From IMG/VR virus record IMGVR_UViG_3300036770_006296, positions 124,001-188,000 of that record: DNA of 64,000 nt. One strand, given 5' to 3'. Positions within the stretch are counted from its first letter, which is position 1. Each line of letters begins with the position of its first letter. Position numbers and translations under genes: made by a program. Shown piece by piece: positions 18,633 to 27,698 of this stretch. A model generated the notes under the pieces. It ran no database searches, was not told the origin of the DNA, and was given only the letters and a program-made list of their open reading frames with translations.

Positions 18633-18830
18633 GTGAGAAAAATGAAATTACATCTGATAACCATTCTTGTAGTAGCAACAGTGCTTTCAATTTTGTACTT
18701 TTTGTTAATAAGTCCAACTATAATGTCTTTTATTCTTTTGGTAGGCATAATATCATTAGGCACGTGGGCTTTGATTAAATTTTATAAATTTGTCTACGCG
18801 ACAGTTAAAAATCTAGTTGGAAATGAATAA
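18633..18830 (+). CDS. Small membrane protein (2 TM)
   Basis: Hydrophobic; behind early-type promoter 18581-18618. Confidence 0.65.
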   Translation: MRKMKLHLITILVVATVLSILYFLLISPTIMSFILLVGIISLGTWALIKFYKFVYATVKNLVGNE

Positions 18831-19107
18831 AGATAAAGCATTCGGCAAACTTATTACCTCAGATGGGATCGTTAAGGATTTGCAATTTTCTAAAAAAATG
18901 GTCACACTAAAAGAAATGCAGGATTGTGTTGGCGGATACATTGAATTCGTTTGGCTTAAGGATAATAAAATTCTCGTAGTTAATGAGGATGGAAAAATAA
19001 CAGGATTACCAGATAATCTTACTGCCACTAAGTTAATAAGAGAACAGGGTATAAGCGACCACATAGTAGGCGATGCTCTTTTAATAGATCTTAAATACGT
19101 AGATTAA
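18817..19107 (+). CDS. DUF3846-like phage protein
   Basis: LKEMQDCVGGYIE...VVNEDGK..GLP.N..AT...IVGD pattern. Confidence 0.75.
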   Translation: MEMNKDKAFGKLITSDGIVKDLQFSKKMVTLKEMQDCVGGYIEFVWLKDNKILVVNEDGKITGLPDNLTATKLIREQGISDHIVGDALLIDLKYVD

Positions 19108-19274
19108 TGCACAAGAAGGAAAAAAACAAACAATCTAATTCTTTTTACGCGTACAACAATTTAAAAAGACGAGTGATGGAAAATCCTAATCCAGAAGAAA
19201 AAGACTGGATAAGACTAAAATATGAGGATAAAATGGATTGGATTAACAAACACGGAAAGATCCTAGAGTTCTAG
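19107..19274 (+). CDS. Small hypothetical protein (55 aa, below track cutoff)
   Basis: ATG overlaps previous TAA; MHKKEKNKQ...GKILEF*. Confidence 0.55.
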   Translation: MHKKEKNKQSNSFYAYNNLKRRVMENPNPEEKDWIRLKYEDKMDWINKHGKILEF

Positions 19275-19275
19275 A

Positions 19276-19671
19276 TTATCTTAATTCGTAGTAATCTATT
19301 CCATTCGTTATCACCCCATAGATGTTGTCATCTATTATAAAATTATACGCTCTTCCTATTATAGATTCGGGAAGTCTTGAAAGATCTCTTTTAGAGACAA
19401 GAACCGCTATAGGCTTTTCCCTCACGTATCCACTAGGACTCATTACTATCTCTCTATTTAATATTTTAGAAAATTGATTAACTGAAGCCATCGAAACAGA
19501 TCCTGGATATTTCCATTCCTCTTGGGATATTAAATAGGGATCAATTAAATCATCAATAGCAAAAATAAAAGGAGTTTTACCGGTTTTTGTAATCAGGTAT
19601 TCTAGCTCACTTCTTGTTATAGGAGCAGGATCTTTCGTAAAGAAATTTTCAAATAATATTAAATTTTTCAT
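19276..19671 (-). CDS. Hypothetical protein, CTS-like N-terminus
   Basis: MKNLILFENF. Confidence 0.75.
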   Translation of the reverse strand: MKNLILFENFFTKDPAPITRSELEYLITKTGKTPFIFAIDDLIDPYLISQEEWKYPGSVSMASVNQFSKILNREIVMSPSGYVREKPIAVLVSKRDLSRLPESIIGRAYNFIIDDNIYGVITNGIDYYELR

Positions 19672-19675
19672 TTTT

Positions 19676-21271
19676 TCATTTCTTTAATTTCCAGCTTATT
19701 GCTCCAGCCCATGAGTCTTCCAGAGTTCTGAGATCGAAAGGAATAGTAATCTTTCCTGTTGCACTACCAGAAGTTCCCATTACTCTGTACGTCCCCCTTT
19801 GTCTATCTAAGTCGTGGATTACTCCTTCGGAATTTCCTGAACTTACTCTATCCCCTATTTTTATGTAATCTAAATGTGGGTATTTAGAAGAGATTTCTTT
19901 CTCTGGCTCTTCCTCTACAACTAGTAAAATTTTATTTATTTTATTTTTTAATATTTTCTCTAGATCTGCTCTTATTTCCACTTCTGGATCCTGGGATATT
20001 TTTTTCAATTCATTTGTAGCATAGTCAAGTACTGAGTTCAATAATATTTTTTTCTCGCCAGCATTAATAATTATTGGGGTTGGTTCTTTTAATAAATAAC
20101 CTCCTGGTCTCCACATTCTTCTCTCTATGCTTTCCGCTGATGTTCCCTGCATATCTGCTACTGCATCTAAGAAAGATTTTTTAAGGAGATTAACTTTATA
20201 TCTTTCGTCCGGCTCGTATTTTTTACCGCTTGGTCCAAAATTGTATAGGGCGTAACAAAATATATTTTCATTTATTTTTTTTATTGATTCTTTGGCGATT
20301 TTAGAGAAGATGTCAGATCCTTTTAATCTTTCCTCAGTTATATTTTTTGTTATGTCTACAATGCCTGATAGAATTTCAACTATTTTATTGGAGATATCTC
20401 TTAGGTCTACTCCTTGATTTATATTATCGTCTATGATGATCATTTTTCCGAAGTTGCCAGCATTATCCCCTAATCCACAATGGTGTACAGCGCTTATAAA
20501 TGCTTCTGTTGCTGTGTTATATTTTGGTCTTAGCGAGCTTCTTATTCCTCCCATTTCCCCGGAGGATCTTATTTCAAAGCTAGGATCTTTCCCTTCTTGT
20601 GCTTGTATTGATAGATTAGCTATCATTCCATCTATCCATGGCTCTACCCTTCGCATAGTGGGTGAATATCTAGGTTTCTCGTCTCCTTTTCTGTGTATTA
20701 CTTTGCCAGTCCTTTTATTGATTACATCTTTCTCGTAGTATCCTCTGGGTATATCAAGCTCTGATTCTATTTTTCTGTTATATGAATCCCAGTCTACAGC
20801 CTGCATAACATCTGTATATTTTATTTTTGGTATACTGATTACTGTAGCATTTGGATAGATATTTAAAAAAGATCCCTCCATTTTCTTAACAAGATCCCTG
20901 CTACTTCCTATGGTTACTATGTAGTCTATATTTCCCTCTATATTATTTGTGAAGGTGTATCTAAAAAAATCCTCCAAGGTTTCACCAGGAGCCATCGAAA
21001 AACGGTCATCTTTTAAAGGATCCATTATAAATTTCTTAGCATTATCACCTTCCTCTGTGTCAGCAACATATGGAGTTCTTGGATAAAGACCAAAATATAT
21101 TTTTATATTTGCTATACCTCTTTCCGAAAAATTAAGATTGTTTGGATTTATTGTTTTTAGTAGCTCATTGGGGTTACTTGGATCGTTTTTTACAGATAAA
21201 TATGTTTTCCCCTCACTATCGTACCAAGCACCCTCGTTTATAAACTGTAGGAAATTTTTAAGATGATTCAT
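19676..21271 (-). CDS. Phosphoribosyltransferase-like protein with C-terminal SH3/KOW-like domain, CTS-like N-terminus
   Basis: MNHLKNFLQFINE; KMIIIDDNINQGVDL resembles the type I PRTase PRPP-binding loop; IKIGDRV..GVI..L...GTYRV. Confidence 0.6.
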   Translation of the reverse strand: MNHLKNFLQFINEGAWYDSEGKTYLSVKNDPSNPNELLKTINPNNLNFSERGIANIKIYFGLYPRTPYVADTEEGDNAKKFIMDPLKDDRFSMAPGETLEDFFRYTFTNNIEGNIDYIVTIGSSRDLVKKMEGSFLNIYPNATVISIPKIKYTDVMQAVDWDSYNRKIESELDIPRGYYEKDVINKRTGKVIHRKGDEKPRYSPTMRRVEPWIDGMIANLSIQAQEGKDPSFEIRSSGEMGGIRSSLRPKYNTATEAFISAVHHCGLGDNAGNFGKMIIIDDNINQGVDLRDISNKIVEILSGIVDITKNITEERLKGSDIFSKIAKESIKKINENIFCYALYNFGPSGKKYEPDERYKVNLLKKSFLDAVADMQGTSAESIERRMWRPGGYLLKEPTPIIINAGEKKILLNSVLDYATNELKKISQDPEVEIRADLEKILKNKINKILLVVEEEPEKEISSKYPHLDYIKIGDRVSSGNSEGVIHDLDRQRGTYRVMGTSGSATGKITIPFDLRTLEDSWAGAISWKLKK

Positions 21272-21324
21272 CGGAATCTTTTTTTTATTTACTTTATAAT
21301 CTCTACCTTTACAAAAAATAGAAT

Positions 21325-21801
21325 ATGACTTATATATCCTTTACTAAAGTAGATCTACCTTATGGATGGCTAGGAAACATGTCACCTTATCCAGTAAAAT
21401 ACGATGGTAAGATCTGGAGGACAACAGAAGCTCTCTTTCAGGCTCTTCGGTTCAACGATGATTCTATAAAAGAAGCTATAAGAAACGAGAAAAGTCCAAT
21501 GGGGGCTAAATTAAAAGCTAAGTCTCTTATGAAATTAGATCCATCTAAGGTTTGCGTTTCCCCTCTTTCTGATACTGATTTGGAAAATATGAGAATGTGT
21601 ATTAGACTTAAATTGGAACAGCACCCTCATTTACTTAGCGAGTTATTAAAGACTGGAGGCTCCAAAATATACGAGGATGTTACTTCACGTGGTAAAAGAG
21701 GTAGTAATCTATTCTGGGGAGCTCTAATGGAGAATGGGGCATGGATAGGAGAAAATCATTTGGGAAAAATATGGGAGGATATTAGAGAATCTTACAGATA
21801 A
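21325..21801 (+). CDS. NADAR (YbiA/gp30.3-like) family protein
   Basis: GWLGNMSPYP, TTEALFQALRF, FWGA...GENHLGKIWEDIRE. Confidence 0.9.
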   Translation: MTYISFTKVDLPYGWLGNMSPYPVKYDGKIWRTTEALFQALRFNDDSIKEAIRNEKSPMGAKLKAKSLMKLDPSKVCVSPLSDTDLENMRMCIRLKLEQHPHLLSELLKTGGSKIYEDVTSRGKRGSNLFWGALMENGAWIGENHLGKIWEDIRESYR

Positions 21802-21871
21802 TTTTCTCCCTCGTATTTTTATTTTTGTGTTTATTTTTGTATTATAATTAAAATCAATAAAAAGTTCAATT

Positions 21872-22213
21872 ATGGCTGTTAAAATGGAATCAGCAGATTT
21901 GCTGAAAGAGTACTTTAATGGGGTTCTAAGTAGAGCCGATCATCACGCTCAGGGTGTTCAAGAAATTTCACTAGCTCTATTAGGTGCTGTCATCTGGAAA
22001 GCTGATGGCGACATAGAAGTTAAGTCTGTTAAAAACGAGGGGATGGGTAATATCCTTTGGTTCAACACTAGCGGTAGTAGGTATGCAATGTACTACAATC
22101 ATGCTAATGTTAAGATAGAACTTCGTGAGAGAACTATGAATGGTGACACTCTCCATGAGTTCGACAACACTACGCCTATTTCTGAGGTGTTTACTGTTTT
22201 TAAGGATCTGTAA
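21872..22213 (+). CDS. Integron-cassette-protein-like (VCH_CASS14-like) protein
   Basis: EYFNGVLSRADHHA..V.EI.LAL.GA.IW...NILWF..SG.RYA..YNH...IELRE....G..LH.FDN.TP pattern, recalled and not searched. Confidence 0.65.
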   Translation: MAVKMESADLLKEYFNGVLSRADHHAQGVQEISLALLGAVIWKADGDIEVKSVKNEGMGNILWFNTSGSRYAMYYNHANVKIELRERTMNGDTLHEFDNTTPISEVFTVFKDL

Positions 22214-22222
22214 AAGATCTTT

Positions 22223-22348
22223 AGTCAGGTGGCGGAATTGGTAGACGCATAAATAAAGGTTAACAGTAAGGATAACGTAGAGTAACCTTGAAATACCCAT
22301 AAGTATAGCTCATAAGTTATCATACAGGTTCGAATCCTGTCCTGACTA
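22223..22348 (+). ncRNA. tRNA-like RNA with non-canonical, expanded central region
   Basis: Acceptor AGTCAGG/CCTGACT plus discriminator A; D-arm GCG-GAATTGGTAGA-CGC; T-arm ACAGG-TTCGAAT-CCTGT; 126 nt total with 75-nt centre. Confidence 0.75.
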
Positions 22349-22362
22349 CTAAATTAAATATT

Positions 22363-22488
22363 ATGTGGGTAAGAAAAACACCAAACAAATGGCAAAATGT
22401 AGTTGAGATAATAATAATTTTATTATTAATGATAACCTGGTCATTATTAGTCAAAAGTATAACAAATGAAATACTTCCAATAAAATAA
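22363..22488 (+). CDS. Possible small membrane peptide (41 aa)
   Basis: MWVRKTPNKWQNVVEIIIILLLMITWSLLV...; single TM segment. Confidence 0.35.
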   Translation: MWVRKTPNKWQNVVEIIIILLLMITWSLLVKSITNEILPIK

Positions 22489-22534
22489 GTATTTAATGAA
22501 TCAGAAAAAAGTGTGAATTTTTAAAACATTTAGT

Positions 22535-22873
22535 ATGAGATCAAGAGTTGAATACATTTTTCATAGGGAATTTAAAAACGATAAATCCTTTATGGATAAG
22601 CCATCCTTACTAGGGGCAATTTTCCCTAGAAAATATTCCGATACTGACATGCGAGAAACATTTCATAGGGGTGCTAGAATTGGCATTGAAATAGGATTAA
22701 ACGAAGCATCCCCACAGGGGCAGAGAATACAATTGGACAATAATACTGATCTTAAACATAGAGAGTTTCTCGAAAAAATGTATGCACTTTGCGAAGAATA
22801 CGAATGCTCCATTGAATATCATCCCGAAGTTGGTATGATCGTTTTAGATAAAATGAATAGTTATGAAAGATAA
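22535..22873 (+). CDS. Hypothetical protein
   Basis: 112-aa ORF, first of an overlapping series. Confidence 0.7.
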   Translation: MRSRVEYIFHREFKNDKSFMDKPSLLGAIFPRKYSDTDMRETFHRGARIGIEIGLNEASPQGQRIQLDNNTDLKHREFLEKMYALCEEYECSIEYHPEVGMIVLDKMNSYER

Positions 22874-23066
22874 TAAACAAAGTCCAGTAGAAAGAATATT
22901 TGAACAATTCAATCTACTATCTGATGCTGAATTTAAATCCTGGATGTTAAACCAGCATGATAATTTACACGAAGCGGAAAGAAAAATTCTTGCAGAAGAA
23001 TATATGAAAGGCAAAAAGAAGGGTAAAAGATTAACCACAACAAGCACTTTAGTAAGGGGAAAATGA
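22863..23066 (+). CDS. Small hypothetical protein
   Basis: Overlapping series. Confidence 0.6.
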   Translation: MKDNKQSPVERIFEQFNLLSDAEFKSWMLNQHDNLHEAERKILAEEYMKGKKKGKRLTTTSTLVRGK

Positions 23067-23302
23067 ATAGATTAATTATAATTTTATTAGTAGCAATTTT
23101 TGCCTCTTGCTCAGAAAGAAGAGGATCTAAAGCTCCTGATTCAAAAAGAATGGAATTAGATTCTACATCCCAATACTACGACCAGAACTACAAAGTTTAT
23201 ACACTTGAAGGGTGTGAATATATTGTAGTTGGATATGGAAATACTAGATGGGGATCTCATAAAGGTAATTGTAAAAATCCTATTCATAATGGAAACAAAT
23301 AG
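23063..23302 (+). CDS. Small lipoprotein
   Basis: MNRLIIILLVAIFAS-C lipobox. Confidence 0.7.
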   Translation: MNRLIIILLVAIFASCSERRGSKAPDSKRMELDSTSQYYDQNYKVYTLEGCEYIVVGYGNTRWGSHKGNCKNPIHNGNK

Positions 23303-23495
23303 AATAGTAACATTCAGCTGTAGTAATAAGATACACATCTACGAAAGAGGATGTGGAAAATTACCTAATCCCCCATATAAAAAACACGATAACATAGATT
23401 CAGCTGTTTTTTATATGTCCCAGGTTTTAGGTGTTAATGATATAGAGATAGTAATAGAAAAAAAATTAAAAAGAGAGAGTGATGAAATTAACTGA
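23289..23495 (+). CDS. Small hypothetical protein
   Basis: Start moved to ATG 23289. Confidence 0.55.
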   Translation: METNRIVTFSCSNKIHIYERGCGKLPNPPYKKHDNIDSAVFYMSQVLGVNDIEIVIEKKLKRESDEIN

Positions 23496-23691
23496 TGATC
23501 AGAAGGAATTTATAATAAAAAAGTATGAATCAGCAGATATGGAAGGTTTTCCTTTCGAAGAAAAAGTTGAAATCATAGTAGATTACATGTTGGATGAGGA
23601 TATTGAAGATATTTCGGACGACGAGGACGGAGACGCGCATGAAGATCTATATAACACAGTTTGGGAATATCTAGAATCTCTTCCTGAATAA
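23479..23691 (+). CDS. Small acidic hypothetical protein
   Basis: Very D/E-rich 70 aa. Confidence 0.6.
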   Translation: MMKLTDDQKEFIIKKYESADMEGFPFEEKVEIIVDYMLDEDIEDISDDEDGDAHEDLYNTVWEYLESLPE

Positions 23692-23747
23692 AATTAATAA
23701 ATCCTTTTTTATAAATATCATTTTTCTCTATCTTAGTAGAAAACAGA

Positions 23748-24041
23748 ATGATAGATTATCTAAAATCCCAGGGATACTACGAAATAAGAGAAATTAATTC
23801 CAGGGGAATCTGCGGATTGATGGATTTTATGTTCACTACAGGACTTGTGATAGGAATGGACAGGATTGGCTATTTCGGAAGGTACTGTTATAAAACTAGG
23901 CAAGAGGCTCTAGATGCCCTTAATAAATGGGATGGATCAGGAGATCCTCCCGGAAATTGGATAAAATACAAAGGATCTGGCGGGGAAAGAGAGAATCCCA
24001 ATAATACTAATGGATGTTTAAATTGTTCTAAAAATGGATAA
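23748..24041 (+). CDS. Hypothetical protein
   Basis: Behind early-type promoter 23699-23736. Confidence 0.7.
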   Translation: MIDYLKSQGYYEIREINSRGICGLMDFMFTTGLVIGMDRIGYFGRYCYKTRQEALDALNKWDGSGDPPGNWIKYKGSGGERENPNNTNGCLNCSKNG

Positions 24042-24648
24042 GATTTTTTTACCCGAGGATCTAATTGATATGGTTTCTAAACAAAGAGATTCTTTTTCTC
24101 ATCTTATGGCTTTAAGAGATAAAGGAATGGAGCTCTACAAAAGATACGATTCTAGAGAAAAATTTAGGAGCGGTGTTTCTTGGCATGTTCCAACTCAATC
24201 TCTTGTAGATTTACTTAAATTACATTCTCCTTTAGTTTCTGTGGGAAGTGGATTTGCATACACAGAAAGTATAGCCAAAGAACAAGGGGCAGATATTATA
24301 GCAACGGATTTAAAACCGAACAAAGAAAATGCGTGGTGTAGAGATGGCGAGTTCTTTTGTGATGTCGAAGAAATAGATGCAGTTTCTGCAGTCAAGAAAT
24401 ATAAAGAACGGAATGTATTTATGGCTTGGCCTCCTTATGATACAGACATGGCTTATAATGTAGCTTTAAATATGATGCCCGGATCAGTCTTGATATATGT
24501 CGGAGAAGGATGGGGAGGATGCAACGGAGACGACGAATTTTTCCAATATCTTAGCGATCAATTTGAGGAGATTGATGATCTAGCGATTCCTAAATGGTTC
24601 GGATTGAATGATTATTGTTCAGTTTATCGAAAAAAAGACAAAAAATAA
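24034..24648 (+). CDS. Class I SAM-dependent methyltransferase-like protein
   Basis: LVSVGSGFAY motif I, DIIATD, DAVSAV, FMAWPPY, LIYVGE. Confidence 0.65.
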   Translation: MDKIFLPEDLIDMVSKQRDSFSHLMALRDKGMELYKRYDSREKFRSGVSWHVPTQSLVDLLKLHSPLVSVGSGFAYTESIAKEQGADIIATDLKPNKENAWCRDGEFFCDVEEIDAVSAVKKYKERNVFMAWPPYDTDMAYNVALNMMPGSVLIYVGEGWGGCNGDDEFFQYLSDQFEEIDDLAIPKWFGLNDYCSVYRKKDKK

Positions 24649-24716
24649 AGAAATCCTTTTTTTATAAAGATCCAATATTCTAACTTAGCAGACAATTTAA
24701 ATTAAAAATATAAAGA

Positions 24717-25577
24717 ATGAGACAACTTAAGATCACATCGAGTATTACAAGTAGGGAAGATAAAGCTTTAGAAAAATATTTACAAGATATTTCAAAGGAG
24801 GAAATGATTACTGCCGACGAGGAAACACATTTAACCAGAAGAATAAAAGATGGGGACCAGGAGGCTTTAGATAAAATGGTTAGAGCAAACTTAAGATTCG
24901 TTGTGTCAGTTGCCAAGCAATATCAACATCAAGGTCTTCCCCTGGTTGATCTAATAAACGAGGGAAATGTTGGACTGATAAAAGCTGCTAAAAAATTCGA
25001 TGAGACAAGGGGATTTAAGTTTATATCGTATGCTGTTTGGTGGATTAGACAAGCAATAATGGAAGCTCTTTCAGAGAAAGCGAGAGTTATAAGAATACCT
25101 TTAAATCAAGTTGGTGTTTTAAGTAAAATAAACAAGGCATATGCTAGATTAGAGCAGGATCTAGGTAGAGCTCCATCCTCTGAAGAGATAGCAGATGAAC
25201 TGGATCTCCCAGAACAGAAAGTCAAAGACACTTTAAGCAGTTCGAGAAATCATGTATCCTACGACGCTCCAATGGGGGGTGACCAAGAAAACTCCTCAAT
25301 GATAGAAGTACTAAGCAACGATTTCCCCTCAACAGATTCTATAATGATAGAGGAATCCTTAAGGGTTGATATTGAAAGAAGTCTCTCCGCCTTAGATCCT
25401 AAATGTAGAGAGATAATAAAATTAAACTACGGAATAGGATACACACATCCTAAATCATTAGATGAGATTGGTGAAAAATACTCTCTGACTAAGGAAAGAG
25501 TAAGACAGATTAGAGAAAAGGGTCTTAGAAAGCTAAGGGTTGAATCTAGAAGCAAAACACTAAAACAATATCTCTAG
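24717..25577 (+). CDS. rpoD: RNA polymerase sigma-70 factor, Bacteroidota primary-sigma type
   Basis: MRQLKITSSIT.RE..LEKYLQDI; NLRFVVSVAKQY; DLINEGNVGL; KFISYAVWWIRQ; LTKERVRQIREK; no region 1.1. Confidence 0.95.
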   Translation: MRQLKITSSITSREDKALEKYLQDISKEEMITADEETHLTRRIKDGDQEALDKMVRANLRFVVSVAKQYQHQGLPLVDLINEGNVGLIKAAKKFDETRGFKFISYAVWWIRQAIMEALSEKARVIRIPLNQVGVLSKINKAYARLEQDLGRAPSSEEIADELDLPEQKVKDTLSSSRNHVSYDAPMGGDQENSSMIEVLSNDFPSTDSIMIEESLRVDIERSLSALDPKCREIIKLNYGIGYTHPKSLDEIGEKYSLTKERVRQIREKGLRKLRVESRSKTLKQYL

Positions 25578-25589
25578 GATAAATAATAT

Positions 25590-25790
25590 GTGAAAGATTT
25601 TTTAAAATATCTAGTGGTGTGGATAAGTGAGAACTTATCCATTCCTTTTTGGATAGTTGGACATATACATCTTACCATGAACATTTACGGGGATCTCTAT
25701 GAGGTCCTTTGTTCTTTAGGGATGAATATTATTGTTGGTGCTGGTTTTTACCTATCTTATAAAGAATGGAAAAAGAATAAAGATATATAG
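25590..25790 (+). CDS. Small membrane protein
   Basis: Two hydrophobic segments, GTG start. Confidence 0.6.
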   Translation: MKDFLKYLVVWISENLSIPFWIVGHIHLTMNIYGDLYEVLCSLGMNIIVGAGFYLSYKEWKKNKDI

Positions 25791-25810
25791 AAAGAACAAA
25801 AAAAATAAAT

Positions 25811-27415
25811 ATGAATTACATAGAAACTTTCGAATCCTTCTACAACTTTGCTCCTAATGATGGAGGTGCTAACATTAACGAATTATTCTCTTTAAATCAG
25901 AGCTGTATGCCTAAATATACATGCGAAGAATTCAAGAATTTATTTTCTTCCTATCTAAACGAGTCAGAAGAATATATGGATGATGATTCTTTAAATGAAG
26001 CTCACGCATACTACGAAATCGCAATGCTTTCTGAAGCTAGATCTTCGTGGGGAGAAACCGAAGGGGATATTCATTATGTAGACGCAGAAACACACGTTAT
26101 ACTAGTTAAAAATTCAGAGGCTTTTATTATAGAAAAGAAAACTTTAGACTATGTACAGAATAACAATCTTAATGAGTTTAAAATGTTTTCGTTTAGTGAT
26201 CTTAAAAAAGCATATCACAAATTAAAGGATAAAGCTGTTGATTATGCTAAGAAAAAAATAAGCAACGCTAAGGAATTTGTTGCTAAGTCTTGGGATAAAA
26301 TGTCAGATGGTGCTAAAAAAGCATGGGAATGGATGAAAACAGCAGTATCGGCCAGCGCTAAATTTGTAGGAGATAACTTAGAAACAATAACGATTGTTCT
26401 TACTGTACTTGGTTCAGTTTTAGGAATAGCTGGAGGACTTTTAACAGCAGTAGGAATAGGACCTATACTTACAGCAATTGCTGGGGGTATTATGGCTATA
26501 AATGGTGGTATACACATATATGAAGGATTCCATAAAATTCATCACGCAACTGAGATATCTAAGGATGTACCGGTAGATCCTATTGCTAAATTTGCGGCAG
26601 GTATGATTAAAGCTGGTCCTGATCTTTTCCTAGGATTATTATTTCTTCCTCTTGGATTTTATGATATAAGCCACGGATTAACAGAAGCACTAGCAAATCC
26701 AGCAGCAGGATCTATTGCCGCAGGGGTTAAAGAAACTGCTAAAGCTGCTTCAAAATCTTGGTTAGGAAATCTGGGCCACACTATAGAAAAAGTATTAGGT
26801 GGATTTCTTAAAAATTTCTTTGCTAATCCTAAAGTTGGCGCAGCAGTTGGCGCGGGTGTAGTCGGGGGAATTACAATCCTTGGTGCTAAATTCTTTACCG
26901 ATGTTTGTGGGTGGCTTTATGAATTTATGCTTAAAAGTAGTGATTCGATACTTAAAGGAATAAATTGGCTTCTCGACATACCTAAAAAATTAACGGATGC
27001 GATTGATAAATTTTCTAAAGTTGCAGATGGATTTTTATCGAAGATAATAGCTAAAGGGTTAAGTGCTATAGTTAAGCCTATGACATCTTATTTAGCTAAA
27101 ATATGTGAAAAATATTTTAAACCATTAGTTGATAAATCACGAAAATTTATACAAAGACAGATTGCTGCTAAAAAACTCTTAGATGCAGAAATGGAAAAAG
27201 CACACGGGGGTCATGGAAAAGGGGCGGACAATAAAAAACACGGAGAAATTCCAAAATCTAAAGGCAAGCCCTTATTTAAAATGGGAACTGTAGAGATTGA
27301 AAAAAAGGATGCCAAATATGCTTCTAAGGTAAATAAAGGAATTAAAAAAGTTAAAGAATCACAAGTCTGGGAAAATAAATATATTGGTTCTTTTGATGAT
27401 TTAGAATTCATCTAG
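25811..27415 (+). CDS. Large Gly/Ala-rich multi-TM protein, CTS-like N-terminus
   Basis: MNYIETFESF; repeated INE/LNE/LSE sites in the first ~125 aa; several long hydrophobic Gly/Ala helices. Confidence 0.8.
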   Translation: MNYIETFESFYNFAPNDGGANINELFSLNQSCMPKYTCEEFKNLFSSYLNESEEYMDDDSLNEAHAYYEIAMLSEARSSWGETEGDIHYVDAETHVILVKNSEAFIIEKKTLDYVQNNNLNEFKMFSFSDLKKAYHKLKDKAVDYAKKKISNAKEFVAKSWDKMSDGAKKAWEWMKTAVSASAKFVGDNLETITIVLTVLGSVLGIAGGLLTAVGIGPILTAIAGGIMAINGGIHIYEGFHKIHHATEISKDVPVDPIAKFAAGMIKAGPDLFLGLLFLPLGFYDISHGLTEALANPAAGSIAAGVKETAKAASKSWLGNLGHTIEKVLGGFLKNFFANPKVGAAVGAGVVGGITILGAKFFTDVCGWLYEFMLKSSDSILKGINWLLDIPKKLTDAIDKFSKVADGFLSKIIAKGLSAIVKPMTSYLAKICEKYFKPLVDKSRKFIQRQIAAKKLLDAEMEKAHGGHGKGADNKKHGEIPKSKGKPLFKMGTVEIEKKDAKYASKVNKGIKKVKESQVWENKYIGSFDDLEFI

Positions 27416-27487
27416 TCTAGCTTATCTATTATCCGCATTGTAATAGATAGCGATAACAAGATTATTAATGACCCCGTTTAATTATAT

Positions 27488-27694
27488 ATGATAGCATATA
27501 CAATTTCTGTCATCTTATTTACCCTTATAATAGCATCTGGAATTTTCTTTTGGGTAGTATCGATGTTTACTGGAAAGGTAGAAAAGCCAATTCTATCCCT
27601 AATAGGATATGTATTTTGGCCAATAAGTCTTGTTTTTATATGGATTTATGCCTATTTTTACAATAAATACCAGAAGGGAAGAAAGGATATATAA
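27488..27694 (+). CDS. Small membrane protein (2 TM)
   Basis: Hydrophobic; YVFWPISL motif. Confidence 0.65.
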   Translation: MIAYTISVILFTLIIASGIFFWVVSMFTGKVEKPILSLIGYVFWPISLVFIWIYAYFYNKYQKGRKDI

Positions 27695-27698
27695 ATCT

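Noticed and set aside
22223-22348. Canonical tRNA-Leu or tRNA-Met call
   Set aside because: No contiguous 5-bp stem with 7-nt anticodon loop at the expected position; kept as tRNA-like RNA.
27420-27452. Hairpin TATCTATTA-N9-TAATAGATA after the multi-TM gene
   Set aside because: AT-rich, no U-tract; may be a weak terminator or processing site but cannot be supported.
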